A stretch of DNA of 62,013 nucleotides, counting the filler, from Rhabdomonas costata (Eukaryota), in the NCBI GenBank assembly GCA_019059605.1. It is 30 parts of 30 records of this genome, joined end to end, with 100 filler letters (N's around TTAATTAATTAA, not from the genome) between each part and the next. Parts side by side here need not be neighbours in the genome. Positions count along the whole stretch, not along the records: positions 1 to 1,972 come from JAHMHO010006839.1; positions 2,073 to 4,045 come from JAHMHO010006840.1; positions 4,146 to 6,117 come from JAHMHO010006841.1; positions 6,218 to 8,189 come from JAHMHO010006842.1; positions 8,290 to 10,261 come from JAHMHO010006843.1; positions 10,362 to 12,332 come from JAHMHO010006844.1; 24 more parts are not named here. One strand, written 5' to 3'. How positions within the stretch are numbered: the first letter of the stretch is position 1; each line of letters opens with the position of its first letter. The translations under genes and the position numbers were made by a program. The notes below the pieces were generated by a model that saw only the letters and a list, made by a program, of their open reading frames with translations, made no database searches and was not told the origin of the DNA. This document shows positions 1 to 12,015 of this stretch, piece after piece.

Positions 1-1329
1 GGGGGGGTTTGGTAGGGACGACAGCAACAGATCTTCGTGGTCTTGTTTTGGGAATTGGGGGCCATCTGGTTTTTCTTGGCTGCTTTCTAGTCTAGGAAAC
101 TCTGACCCCAAGTACCAAGTATGGGCCGCGCAGCGTTCGGGAGGTGTGCTGTACATACAAAAGACCCGTGGCCTGCTTAGGAGTAGCTCTCCTCCGCTTT
201 CTAGGCTCACAATAACATTTTTGAAATGCGCCGTGGCAAGGAAACATAATTTGAAGAACCCTCTTGGCAAGATGGGGGTGATGCTGTGGTATAACTTGGG
301 AAATGACTGAGTAACTCTCTCTTCTCTCTTCTTCTTCCCATTTTCTTCTAATTCCCTTGCACAGAAACTCTCTCCGGGGATTCCAGCGACCATTACCAGG
401 ACTACCACTACTCAGACTTCTCAGACTTTCACTAACCCGTTTGAAAACTCCCAATATCCTCGTTAGCATGTGATGAAAAATTGGGGTGCGTCCACTTTCC
501 CTTGCAGCGCGGATCAATGTGTTTTCGTGGCGAAACAGACTGAACTTGTTTTTTGTCCTGATGTCTTTTTTCCTGTTCCGCTGATTCACCGGGGAGGAAT
601 TGTGAAGCCACACATGCCATGCGCCGATGCTGACGGCTAGTGATTCTGCAGCGCACAGGTCAATGTGCCTGTGCGCACCGAAGGTCTCGTGCTTTATGGT
701 TTGTGGTAGGTGGGGAAATCTCAGGCACTATCACAAGCTTTCACGGTTTGTGGTTTGGAGGAGTTGAGTGTGCCGGTGTATGACGCAACACACACTTATT
801 TAATGCAAGCATTTGTGAGGTGGGTCGTCGTGTCCAAGCAGTCGGTGCGGATTACCAGAAGGGTGCTTCGGTATCGTACGCTGATGACGGGTGGCGGGGT
901 ATTGGATCGCTTTGCCACCCGAAGCTACGCAGGCCGGAATCCTTCGGACCTGCGGATGTTAGGAACTTGAGTGCAGCTGGTTGTGCAGCGGGAGGGGTCT
1001 TTACCTTCTTTCTCCCGCTGGGAATCCCCCGCAAACTGATGACCCTCTATCGCGGAGTTGGGGGGGGGGGGGTCGCTCAAGAATATTTGGTCTTTCCTCA
1101 ATGGTCTTTTCGTTCTCTCCAGCCCTTCGACACTTGACGCTTTTTATCCCTCATTATTTTCCCCTGTGAAGCCCTTCACAATTGTAGCTTGCTTTCAATC
1201 CGCTCAACCCTTCCCGTTCCCTTTCCCTCTTTCGAACCAATCAAGAACCAGTTTTCTTCTACCCCCACACAAACGACATCCTTTGACCGCCTTCCCTTAT
1301 CTCCACTCCCGCCTTTCGGGAGCCGAGAA

Positions 1330-1522
1330 ATGGACTACGAGCTCTTCGCCTCTGCGGAGGAGCGCTCCCCCGTCGGGGAGCAGACCCCACCGCAGGAGGG
1401 CAGCGACGGCAGCGCACAGTCCCCCGAATCCCCGGGCACGCAGTGGGACCCCACCCCGGAGCTGATCTCCGCGGACCACTCTCCGGTCGACGTCAGCACC
1501 CTCCCCACCTTCGACACCGCCG
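1330..1522 (+). CDS. Probable first exon of an unknown Ser/Pro/acidic protein (MDYELFASAEERSP...)
   Basis: ATG follows a pyrimidine-rich leader; codon usage is GC3-rich; GT donor at 1523. Confidence 0.5.
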
Positions 1523-1972
1523 GTTGGCGCTCGTGTCGTGTGGGTGTGGGGGTGACGGCCACTAGCGATTTATTCTTGCTACTGCATATGCCTCTTGCCA
1601 TCGTTCTTGTGCATGCATCCGTTTGTACAGGACGTGTTCGCTCGTGTTTGCTCACTTGCTTCACTTCGCTTTGTTTGCTCACTCGTCCTCATCCCTGTGT
1701 TACCCTTAGCCTCTCCCACGCCTCTCGTTCACCAAGGTCTTGTACCCCCTCCCATCTCTCTAACCCCTTCGCCCGGACAAACCTTCCATGGCTGGAACCG
1801 GGGAATGAGAATCCTCTCCACCGCCCACCACCGCCACCGCAGCAGCAGCAGCGGCCCCTGGGGAGGCTCCTGCTTTTCCCCCTGAGGAGCTCCTTGGTGG
1901 GGAACTCTCCGCAGCAGTCCCCGTCTTCTCTGGGGACCCAACAGTGCCTTTCCCCGGGCTTACCACCAACAC

Positions 1973-2072
1973 NNNNNNNNNNNNNNNNNNNNNNNNNNNN
2001 NNNNNNNNNNNNNNNNTTAATTAATTAANNNNNNNNNNNNNNNNNNNNNNNNNNNNNNNNNNNNNNNNNNNN
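1973..2072. other. Artificial contig spacer N44-TTAATTAATTAA-N44 (first of 29, recurring every ~2.07 kb up to 59940-60039)
   Basis: An identical 100-bp N-padded all-frame-stop linker recurs 29 times, and the flanking sequences are unrelated. Confidence 0.99.
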
Positions 2073-2726
2073 GGGTTTTTGGAGTCGACGCCCGACATTA
2101 AGTGAGCGCATTTTTTCACTTATTACTCCGTTTGAGTCGCCTGTTATCTGTTTGCACGAGGCATTCCCTTCTTTTATTCGGATGTTTGTGTTTCCTGGCA
2201 ATTAACGGGATAATTTGACGCTGTGATGTTGTTGCTAGGATACGGACGGGAATAAACACCGCCCGTGTTCTTGTGGGCAACTACGGCTGCGACTACCGCC
2301 TCAGTTACACAGCTCTCGGTGTGCTCTTCTGCTTCTCTGGCTGCCATTGAGAGCTCACTACAATGTGGAGACTGCGATGTTCTTTTCGCTTCGAATGCGG
2401 GGTTTGGGAGATTGCTTGTGGTCACCCTGGTTTGGGACAGGTTGGTTGCGCAACCACCGCCACCATGGGTGGGAGGTAGGGCAACCTCAGCATAGCATCG
2501 CCTGCGGTCGGTGCTGGGGCTTCCTCTCCCCGTTCCCCACCCCCGTACTGCTGCACTCCGTGAGATTGACCTGATGCCGGTGAATCACATGAACGATACA
2601 AAAAGACGGGGATTCCCATCACTGATTCAGAGCAATCATGGTTTTGGGTTGGGATTACTCTTGTGTCAACTGTGTTGGCAGTAAATCAGGTAAGGAGGAT
2701 TTTTGGACACGGTGTCTGGGTTGCAG

Positions 2727-3384
2727 GTGATGGAGTAAACCTCGCCAGCCGGCTGGAGGCTTCGAACAAGGTGTTTTTTGTACTCTTTTGGTCGGGTTGT
2801 TCGTCAGAATTACACCAGTGCGGTTGGAGAGAAGGGAAGAAAAAGTTGAGGAGAACAATGAAACACAGGAGGAGATTAAGGATTCAGGAAAGAAAACTCT
2901 GCAAAAAGAAATCTGGCAATCAGGAAATCAGTCTTGGTTTAATCACTGAGGACTGGGAAACTGGTTTTAAGTCTCGTTAGTGGTTGGAGGGCGAGGCAAC
3001 TGAGCCTCCCTCCTCGTCGATAGATGGGCAAACAGGCCAGACTTGCGGCGGGCCAGCGTACCCGCATGATGATGACTCCTTTTTGTTCGCCTTTCCGCCC
3101 TGCAGTGCCGAGAAATTGTAAAACAAAACTTTCATAGGCCTTATCTACACAAAGAAGTGCCGCGAGGTCTCGTTTTGTCCCAGCCGGCACATTAGAAGCA
3201 AACCCACAACCGGAAGCCTGCACCCTACCTGCCTCGGCAACCACAGGCCTTTGGGACGGTGGTGATGGTCTCGGAGGCCACCATGGAGGCTGCTGTGGAC
3301 GGGTTTCATTTCCGGCGGCTGGGCCGCATCCTGGTCCCTGGCAAGATCCAGATCGTGACGGTATACGAGCTGCTGTTCGAGAAA
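2727..3384 (+). CDS. Class III adenylate/guanylate cyclase catalytic domain, partial (exons 2727-2770 and 3247-~3384)
   Basis: Spliced translation GDGVNLASRLEASNK|AFGTVVMVSEATMEA...RRLGRILVPGKIQIVTVYELL carries the GDxVNxASRLE and VSE...GK...VYEL motifs; GT-AG intron. Confidence 0.9.
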
Positions 3385-3915
3385 GCCCGGCCGTGCGCCC
3401 TTGCGTCGTGCCCAGAATCAAGTGTGCTCCTTGATGTGCTGAAAAATGCTCACCCGCGCATACACTGCTGGTTGCTCTCCCGCGGCACCTCATCAGAAAG
3501 GTGTTCTTTTATGCATGAGGTCTCGTCGTGCTCAACCCTAAGGCGCCCGATTTTAAGGGTGTAAAGACTCGGATCTGTGATTTTGCAGTGCAGGTTCCGG
3601 TTAGGTGGGTTCTAACTTTCCCCTTTCGGTCGCGGTTAATTCGTTTTCAACAAGCTCGCAGTGATTCGCAGTGAAAGATAAAAGTAAAAAGATAGCCCGA
3701 TCGAAAATCAATGCAGGTTCAACCACCTTATGATGCACCGTGAACTAATCACACCGAAATTTAATCAGCCTGTGCACACCAGTCACACTTTTTTCTACAG
3801 ATAGTAGGCTCCACCGTAAACTGAGACTTTCTTTGGAGCAGTTCAAGCACTGTGTTTAGGGCTGAGCGGCACTAAATCTGGGCAATCATTGTGTCGGCTG
3901 ATGTTTGGCGTTGAA

Positions 3916-4043
3916 GGTGCACGCCGTCCACCCGAAACACGTCTATTTCATCTTCAAAATGACTGATCCAAACCCGAAACTTCGCCTTTGGATCAGTCAT
4001 TTTGAAGATGAAATAGACGTGTTTCGGGTGGACGGCGTGCACC
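3916..4043. repeat. Perfect 57-bp inverted repeat at the contig end (probable fold-back artefact)
   Basis: Arms are 3916-3972 and 3987-4043 with a 14-nt loop; the repeat abuts the contig end. Confidence 0.85.
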
Positions 4044-6309
4044 CCNNNNNNNNNNNNNNNNNNNNNNNNNNNNNNNNNNNNNNNNNNNNTTAATTAATTA
4101 ANNNNNNNNNNNNNNNNNNNNNNNNNNNNNNNNNNNNNNNNNNNNGGGGTCCCTACTATTGCGAAACGATAATATCGGCCATTCACCAAGAGTCACAATT
4201 CAGCACCCAAAAATATTACCGGCCCAACTCCAAAGGGATATCCATTTCAAATGCGGGCAAACCGAATAACACGCCGCACTCATTCATCGCCTGAATGTTG
4301 TTCGAGTGTCCGAACGACATCGAACAGGAACGCTGCTGGTCACCTTTCTCACCCTTTCCAGAATGCCTTTAATGCCTTGTCACAGGGTTCCTACAATGCA
4401 ATGCGGTTGGAAAGCAGCAGAAGCCGGATGATGACCCGGAAAGGGATCTGAAAGCTGCTGCAGTGAGCCAAGCGCAAGGATAGAGACAATACATAAAATG
4501 GATAGAAAGCGATTTGGGAGGAGGAGGGGGACTACCGAAACTTTGCAGAAGGAAAAGGAACTCGGCTGCTCGGAAAAGGTGATTGCGTGTGGAGACAATG
4601 AGAAACAAAGGGTGGGAAGATGAACGAATGATGGCTCATAGGGGGTGAAGGGGTCTCGCATGTGCTGACAAAGGGCGATTGGCGCCTTCGTGCCTTCGCG
4701 AGAATGGGACCTTCAATCAATCAGGGGCAGTGTAGCGGAAGGGGAGGGAGATAAAAGCAGTCTCTCGGCTGGAAAACTCCAGGCCTCAAGCATGATGTTG
4801 AAGCCTGGGTGGCTCTCAGATCTGGAGGAGGGAGGGGAGACACTCCAATGATACGCACCCGAAATCTCCGCGCCGAAATCCAAAGGATGCGTCTGCGTCA
4901 TCCATGTCGACCAAATCCCAAAGCACACGACAAGCCAAAATAAAGTATGTGGTCTCAACGGATAGGAGGGAAAGAATCGGACAGCGGGTGGGCAATAAGA
5001 CCAGCCTGAGGACAGGGTTTCGAGGATCAATGCCGCCGCAAAAGAGCGGTGAAAGGTGGAGAAAAGTGGAGGCGAAAAGACACACCAATGCAGTTGAAGA
5101 CAATGTTCCAGAATACCGAAGGGTTTTGTGCACCAATCTTTCATTCCACTGCTACCCAAACAACAGCTCTCACAGGTTCCGCAGAGGTAAGATGCGGTCA
5201 CCATATGAAGTTCTTTTGTGATGTTCGCGGCTGTAGACTATTGTACTTGGCGTGTGTGCGTTGAACGAAGAATGCACAGTGGTTGGGTGGGGTGCGTGAG
5301 CAGTGCTGCAGCGCTCTCCCCTCCACTTTCCAAGAGACAATGTGAGCAGCTAAAATCAACTCTGGTGCGTGTGTTCACGGAAAGAACCAATCATAGAGGT
5401 GTAATCGTCGAGCTCCACCTTCACAGCCGTAGAAAATGTGGGATGTGAGGCGTGAGATGTGGAGCACGCCTACAGCAGCACAAGGCACACCTGAAACGCA
5501 ACATGGGGAGTAAGAGAGGGGGAAGGGGGGAAGAGAGAATGTTATTCTCTCCACCAGAGCAATGCAGACTCAAACTGGCATCCATTCCGCGGGAGAAGAA
5601 GGATAACACGTTCGCCCCATTCCAACTCCCAACCTCTGAGCTACATCACTTTCTGAGGTGGCCCACACAGCTGCAATGATTTGGTGTCAGTGTCCAATTG
5701 TTGATTTCAGCTTTAGCGGCCTTGACGTGCACGCCAAGCAGGGGCATCTTCAGCTGTTGAGCATGGCGGGTGGGAGGGTGTGAAGATATATTGTGAGTGA
5801 AAAGCGCATCAAGTCATAAGCCCGCGGTGCGGAGTATCTGCGTGCAAAGCGAATCAGTTAATCCGTCTGTGCTGTTCATATTTCCAATAAGGGGTTACAA
5901 AGAAGCCCCAAAGAGCAACAAGAACATCTCGGTGGGGCTTGTCTCCAGGTGCACTGGCCATCTCCACTACACCACGTTGCGAGTGCGCCCCCGATGGGCG
6001 AACAGAGAATTGACATTTTGTCCGTCGCAGGAGATAGACGCAACACACACCGTGGTTTCGAACACAGGCCCACGTCTCTTCACCAACGGTGAACCTTTCT
6101 TTCCTTTCCAACCAACCNNNNNNNNNNNNNNNNNNNNNNNNNNNNNNNNNNNNNNNNNNNNTTAATTAATTAANNNNNNNNNNNNNNNNNNNNNNNNNNN
6201 NNNNNNNNNNNNNNNNNGGTTGTTGTTTGAAGTGCTTTGAGAAATGGCATCCAGCCCCCTTGATTGCACAGTCGTGCGTTGGTGTGTTGATGTGATTATC
6301 TCTGCGTAG

Positions 6310-7130
6310 CCCACTTGGAGAGCCCTGCGAGCGGTGCTGTGGCCCTGCTGGATCCCTCGGCGGAGCTGGGCGCGGGCGCGGCGTCTGCTCTGGTGGGGTT
6401 CCTAATGCAGCGGCGGTTGGAGCTGGACAAGTTGGACCGGGTGCACCAGCTGGAGGCCCGAGCGTACATCCTGCTGGACTGCATTCAGCTCTTGTTAGGT
6501 ACGTCCGAGCGAGCGGGGGCAGGAGGACATAGCAGTCGAGAGCAGGGCTGCAGGGGCTTATGAACGACAGTAGTTGACGAGGAAATGGTTAAAAGACGGT
6601 CTAGGTGCGCATGGGAGCAATGCTCTTGAGCCAAAGAAATCACACAGCCAAAGGCTGGCTAGCGAGGGGGCAATTGAGCGCCACCAAGCCAACAAAGAAA
6701 CCCTGGGGGGAGGGGCTGCGGAAAGCTTAAACGGAGTTGAACAGCAGGAACGACTACGAAAAGTAGGGGCTTCGCTCCATGATCTCTTCATAAAAAAGGG
6801 GATTCTGTTCCAAAACGGGGACTGTTCTAGCAATTGCACGAGATGTATACGGGAGTTGGACACCTGCTTGCAGGACTCCCCACTGAAATGAATCCCGCAG
6901 CTCCTAAAGAGGCGCAAAGAAAAAGAGTGGAGGAGGGGTTCGCCTCTTTTCTTGGTCTTTTATGGGACCTAGGTATTTAATATGCGCGCATGACCTTCGC
7001 CGCCAGGGGTTTACCGGGGCGAGACGGAGGGCTTCCGACCGTTGATGCCGCAGTTCATGGCTGTGCTGGCACGGCAGCAGGCGGCACAGCCCCGCCCCGA
7101 GGCCACTTCCACCCCCGCCACCTCCAGCAG
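6310..7130 (+). CDS. Unknown protein, two internal exons (6310-6498, 7007-7130)
   Basis: AG/GT borders join in frame (LLDCIQLLL-G-VYRGETEGFRPLMPQF); GC3-rich; the second donor appears to be GC. Confidence 0.6.
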
Positions 7131-7789
7131 GCGTGACAGTGCCCTCTTCCCACATGCACAGATGCAGTGCTGGAGGCCGAAGTTGTTGTGGTTCGCCGTC
7201 CGCACGGGGCAAGAAACAGTTCAAAAGTTCAATGAAACAGTACGAAAAAGCCGCCAAGGGGCGCCACCATCGGCCGAAGGTGAAAGGTCAGGAACCTCTG
7301 ACCCCACAGCGACATGCCTCAATGTTCGGATGTGTGGATGTCTTTTTTCTGACGTGTTCGTACGAGTCGCGACCTCCCGAGGTGACGGCCCTGTCCGGGA
7401 ACACGGCAGCAGAAATAACCAACGTATCTCCCCAAGTGGAACCAACGAGAAAATAGAATAGGAATAAGAGACTTCTGGAATAGACCTCACTGCACACCTG
7501 ATGATTGGACCTTGTGACGTGAAGTTTGACTTTTTTAAAAACGAAGAGCTGACCTGGATCCCTCAACTCCCACCCTCCTTTGCAAGATGGCACTGGTGAT
7601 GTTGCTTCTGAAGCTTTTCTTTTTGGTAATGCTGGGGGTTTGTGAACATTCTTGAAAATCGTTGCACACCGGCGTGCAGGTGGGCCTAAGTTCTTTCTCT
7701 TATCAAAGCACAAGCCCGATGTAAAGCCAGTGCAAAAACAAAACGTCCTTCCAAGCCTGTGTAAAAGCTAAAAAAAAGGGGGGGGGGCA

Positions 7790-8189
7790 AAAACACCCCC
7801 AAAATGGCCCTTAAATGGCCTCTAGGGTGGCTCTAAACCGAAGCATCCCGGTGCCCGCATGAAGTACTCCAGGGCTCTACCCTTAGGGATGCTAAGCATG
7901 CCCGGCCGAAAGCTTAGGCTTGGCTTACAGGCGTGCAAAAGTCCGAAAAGTCGACCCCAGGCCTTTGAAAATTTTCGCAGTCGACAATACCCTTAAAAAG
8001 GGCAAAATGGGACCTTGAAGGGGCCGCATCTAGGGGGTAGGCAAGGAGTCCGAGTCCGGGAAGCGGCCAACCAACTCATCTCAGGAGTACTACCATACTA
8101 CCAAATATGAGCCCCAACGTGTCACTCTACCTCGAGTTCTGAGGTCATTGTTAAGTCTCCGGTCGGGTCCGGTCCGGTCCGGTCCAAAC
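7790..8189. mobile_element. Putative non-autonomous Helentron/DINE-like repeat ending in a (CCGGT)n microsatellite
   Basis: Non-coding. A core ATCTCAGG...ACCA(AA/GT)..ATATGAGCCCC is shared with 9640-9674, and (CCGGT)n follows at about 8159-8185. Confidence 0.35.
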
Positions 8190-9001
8190 NNNNNNNNNNN
8201 NNNNNNNNNNNNNNNNNNNNNNNNNNNNNNNNNTTAATTAATTAANNNNNNNNNNNNNNNNNNNNNNNNNNNNNNNNNNNNNNNNNNNNGGGTGTGTGGG
8301 AAAAGGCAGTAATTTGCTTGCACACACCTTTTCAGCTGCTACTTTGCCAGCAAATTACTGCCTTTTCCCCACAGCTGCGAACATTGCCATTGTTTACCTT
8401 TACCAGGTCCCCACTTGAACATGGGATGAAATGGCTCAGTTACTCAAGTGGCGAACGCCAGGGCCACGGAGCGGCCGGAGCGGGCGGCTGAGACAGAAAC
8501 GTTGCCTGGAGGGGGGGTACCACATGCGTTTCCCACTGCTTTTTCCTCAAAACAGTTGCTCCAGGTTCAAGGCCAGACAAGGCTGAGACCGTCGACCCAA
8601 TTTGGATCCAGACCGTTTGAAAACGGGCAACGGTTTAACAAACGATAAAAGTTTTTTATACCGTTTTTACGGTTTCCGTTGCTAACAATTTAACCCCCAC
8701 CTACATACCCACCCAATTGCAACTGACATGAGCGCAAGTGCAACTTGTCGTGAGCTGAGCTCCCGAACCCCTCAGAGCTGGCCTTAGGTGCCGCCAACTG
8801 CCCCCGGTGGAGGGTGGAGGGGGAGCAAAACAGAGGGCGAGAGGTTCAGGGGAGGTTGGAGGGCCGCCGGCGTTGTGTCAGCCTATGGGTTTCTTGGGTG
8901 AGTCGGGTGAAAAACTTGCAAATTCATTAATTCCGGATGGCAAGAGACGACGGATATACAAAGAAGTGAGTATCAAAGTAGAATCCCCACGAGCCTCAGA
9001 C

Positions 9002-9178
9002 CTGGACGCGAAGCTTCTTCTTCAGCTCAGAGGGAGAGTTGTGCATCAGCTCGGGGAGCAATGTGGAGGCGGAGGATACGGGCGGAGCGGAATCCCCCGA
9101 GGACGTACTGCTGCGGGGCTGATGCAACGGCCGGACCGTCACCACCACATTGCTGTACTGGGGGACCTGCGTGTACAC
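9002..9178 (-). CDS. Internal exon of an unknown protein (VYTQVPQYSNVVVTVRPL...ELKKKLRVQ)
   Basis: CAG acceptor and GT donor, 177 nt, GC3-rich. Confidence 0.5.
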
Positions 9179-10361
9179 CTGTTTAGGGGTGGATAACGGC
9201 AAAAGCAGGAGCCAGTCCACAGCATCGGAAGGATTAGGAGGTGTAAGTGAGGGTGACAGGGGTGAACTCTGATCTGAGCAGCTCGTTCATCTGACCCTTC
9301 CACATCTGAAATTGAAGGATAGGTCGGGATGTGTGCAGTGCGGGGCGATGGGTGATAGGCGAATAGGGTTGTGGTAGTGTTGGGGGAGGGGATAGTGAAA
9401 TGGAAGAGGGAGAAGGGCAGGTAGGGAGCCTGCTGTGAAAGCAAGGCTCTACCTTCAGGTATGCAATGCGACTCTGTCCGAAAGGTTGGGCTAAGTATGC
9501 AGGACAAAGGTAAAAAAAAGTGCTCCCATCGGTGCCCTTGACAGTTCAAGTCGGAAACGACTTCCAAAGGGAAAATTCGTGGGTAATGTTTCCCGTGGAG
9601 ATACCCTGACACTAAAAAGCGTCAACCTACCCATCGCACGATCTCAGGCACTACACCAGTATATATGAGCCCCCGTGCCGCCACTGCACAGGCAGACCCA
9701 GAAACAGGTGGCAATCCATGAGGGAATGAGAAACCTGTCAATATATGCAAAGGCTTCCACAGAGCAAAACAGCAAACCGACTTCTCCGCGAATTCAGGCT
9801 CGTCGTTTTCCTCATCTTCGGAGTTCGCTTCAACAGGGCGTTTCGTGGGGGGTGCAAGAGGCCCTAAAAGCAGATGGCAGCGGCACCAATGATGACTACG
9901 GCAAAAGATCAACTTACGGGTGCACGAGATATGCTTTTCACGATAGCGCAAATGTCAGGCAAGAGAGTGCAATGTGATCAACTGAAAGTAATTGTATTTT
10001 CGGTCTTGGGTTCTTGTGTGATTCTGATTATGCACCTTTTGCATTCTGTGGTGGCCGAAACAGCAATTACCACAGAAAGAAGATTGTGTAACGCACAAGC
10101 TGAAGACTCGCCAAGGAAAATAAAATTGCCATACCGTCAGCGAAGCGAAAGTTGGGGAGGATGGGAATCTGGCAGTTCTGGTTGTACAGAATGCGGGAGT
10201 CTTCTCTGCGCTGCGAGAAGAGTAATTGTGCCCCATGAGAAAAGACCCAAAGGATGCTGGCNNNNNNNNNNNNNNNNNNNNNNNNNNNNNNNNNNNNNNN
10301 NNNNNTTAATTAATTAANNNNNNNNNNNNNNNNNNNNNNNNNNNNNNNNNNNNNNNNNNNN

Positions 10362-10558
10362 CACAAGTTGCAGAGAACGCGATGATGCTGTTCGCGTGCA
10401 TCCACGACATTGCCTCGGGGGAGCGCAGCCCGGACTGCCCAGTGCTGAGGGGTGTCCTTCTTTGGCAATGAGAGAGATGCTGCGGCTTTGCCTGAAAAAG
10501 GATCCCAAGGCGCGGCCGTCATGCACCGATCTGCTGCAGCACGCGTTCTTCAGTGAAG
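10362..10558 (+). CDS. Ser/Thr protein kinase C-lobe (subdomains X-XI), MAP3K/STE-like; apparent 1-nt frameshift near 10417-10421
   Basis: MREMLRLCLKKDPKARPSCTDLLQHAFF is kinase subdomain XI. The upstream LFACIHDIASG lies in a different frame. Confidence 0.8.
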
Positions 10559-11685
10559 GTTATCGTTCCCTTCGTCTATGCCCTTGCCTTCGTTGGGTCA
10601 ATTGTTGAGCCCTGTTCATTTTCGGTTGTTTTGGGTGTTAAAGTTTCGTGCAACAGCGTGTTCCGGAGTAATGTGGTGAGCCTCGATCTTTTTGTTTATC
10701 TATCTCGTCCTTCACTTCGCCAGTGTTGCTGTGTCTTTCTCTCCGTTCTGTGTTTAGCGCAACAGCGTGTTCCAGAGTTTCTTTGCGAACGGGACTTCAT
10801 TCTTGCGAACCGGAGTTTGCCGACTCGGGACTTTCAATGTGTGATGGGCTACGCAGCCTTGGATGCAATTGCTCTCAGTTTCTAGGGAACTCTGCTTTTT
10901 TTTTTTGCGCTGCAGGTGTGCAGGACATGCCGTTGGGGCAAAACATAAAGGTGTGCACAAGTGTTGTCAAAGGAAGGGGTGACAAATCGCTGCTCAATTT
11001 TATGTCGCCCTGTTTTTTCTCGTTTAACAGACCAGAGAAGATCCATTGGGGGTCACACAAAACTCACACTTTTGGTGTTGAAGGCCCCATCCCCATTACA
11101 GCCCCGTATCTTGTTCTGCCGCAGAAGGGGACGCCTGAGGGCTCACCACAAACGAGCTTCTACTGATCCCGAAGGAAATGAAAAAGGACGCTGGAGGGGA
11201 GGGGCGGGGCGGAGGTTAGAATAATATGTTAATATAGTGTGCAGTGAGGGCGTGGCCCTCTTTGGATTCTTTCACTTCCTCATGGATACTGTCAATTAGT
11301 GCGTGCTTGTCTGCTGCCTTTTCTTCTTTTAACTCGCTTCCTCGCTTTTCTCGTGCACTTGGTGATGAGTTCACGTGCGTCCAACAAAACCAATTTGCGC
11401 TTCCTCTGGAAGAGCAAAAGGATCGGCTTCTTCATTCTCTTCCAAAACCCCCCGCGCCGTCTTTCCCTTTTCTCCGTTTTTACCTGTTCATTGTACTTGC
11501 GCAGTGTATAATTGGGACGGAGACCCCGCGGCCTGCCTGCACGGTTGCACGATTTCAATTGGTGCCTTGGTGGGCTGGCTGGCCGCTTTGAAGCCCGAAA
11601 GGATGTCGAAGGGGGCCTTCATCAAAGCCATGCTCATAGGGGGGAAGGGGGCAAGGAATTTATTATTATTGCATGAAATCCTATA

Positions 11686-12015
11686 GTTACACCCCGAAAC
11701 TCAGAGGAACGCATGTGACCCATTTGAACCTGGAACCTGAAGAGAACAAAGTTGAATCCTGTTTTGTGTTTGTTGTCTGCATAAGCGTATTTAAAACTAA
11801 GAAAATACTGTCATAAATAGTTATACGAGTAATACGGAACTCAAAACTTGTTTTTAAACTTACGTACGGTATAATATAGCAGGCTACACCGTAAACTGAG
11901 AGTTTTTAGCCACGGCACAAAACAGGATGCCGCGAAGGACCACCGGCATAAATATAGGCTAAAAAGACTTCTGTTCGAAATTTCACATACTAAATTCTCA
12001 GTTTCGGGGTGTTAC
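11686..12015. mobile_element. MITE with ~20-bp imperfect TIRs and TA flanks (Tc1/mariner-like)
   Basis: TA|GTTACACCCCGAAACTCAGA ... TCTCAGTTTCGGGGTGTTAC|TA, with an AT-rich interior; related termini occur elsewhere in the window. Confidence 0.6.

Noticed and set aside
3916-4043. Long perfect hairpin as a miRNA/siRNA precursor or hairpin telomere
   Set aside because: It has zero mismatches, abuts the contig end, and the same pattern occurs at three other ends; a fold-back artefact is more likely.
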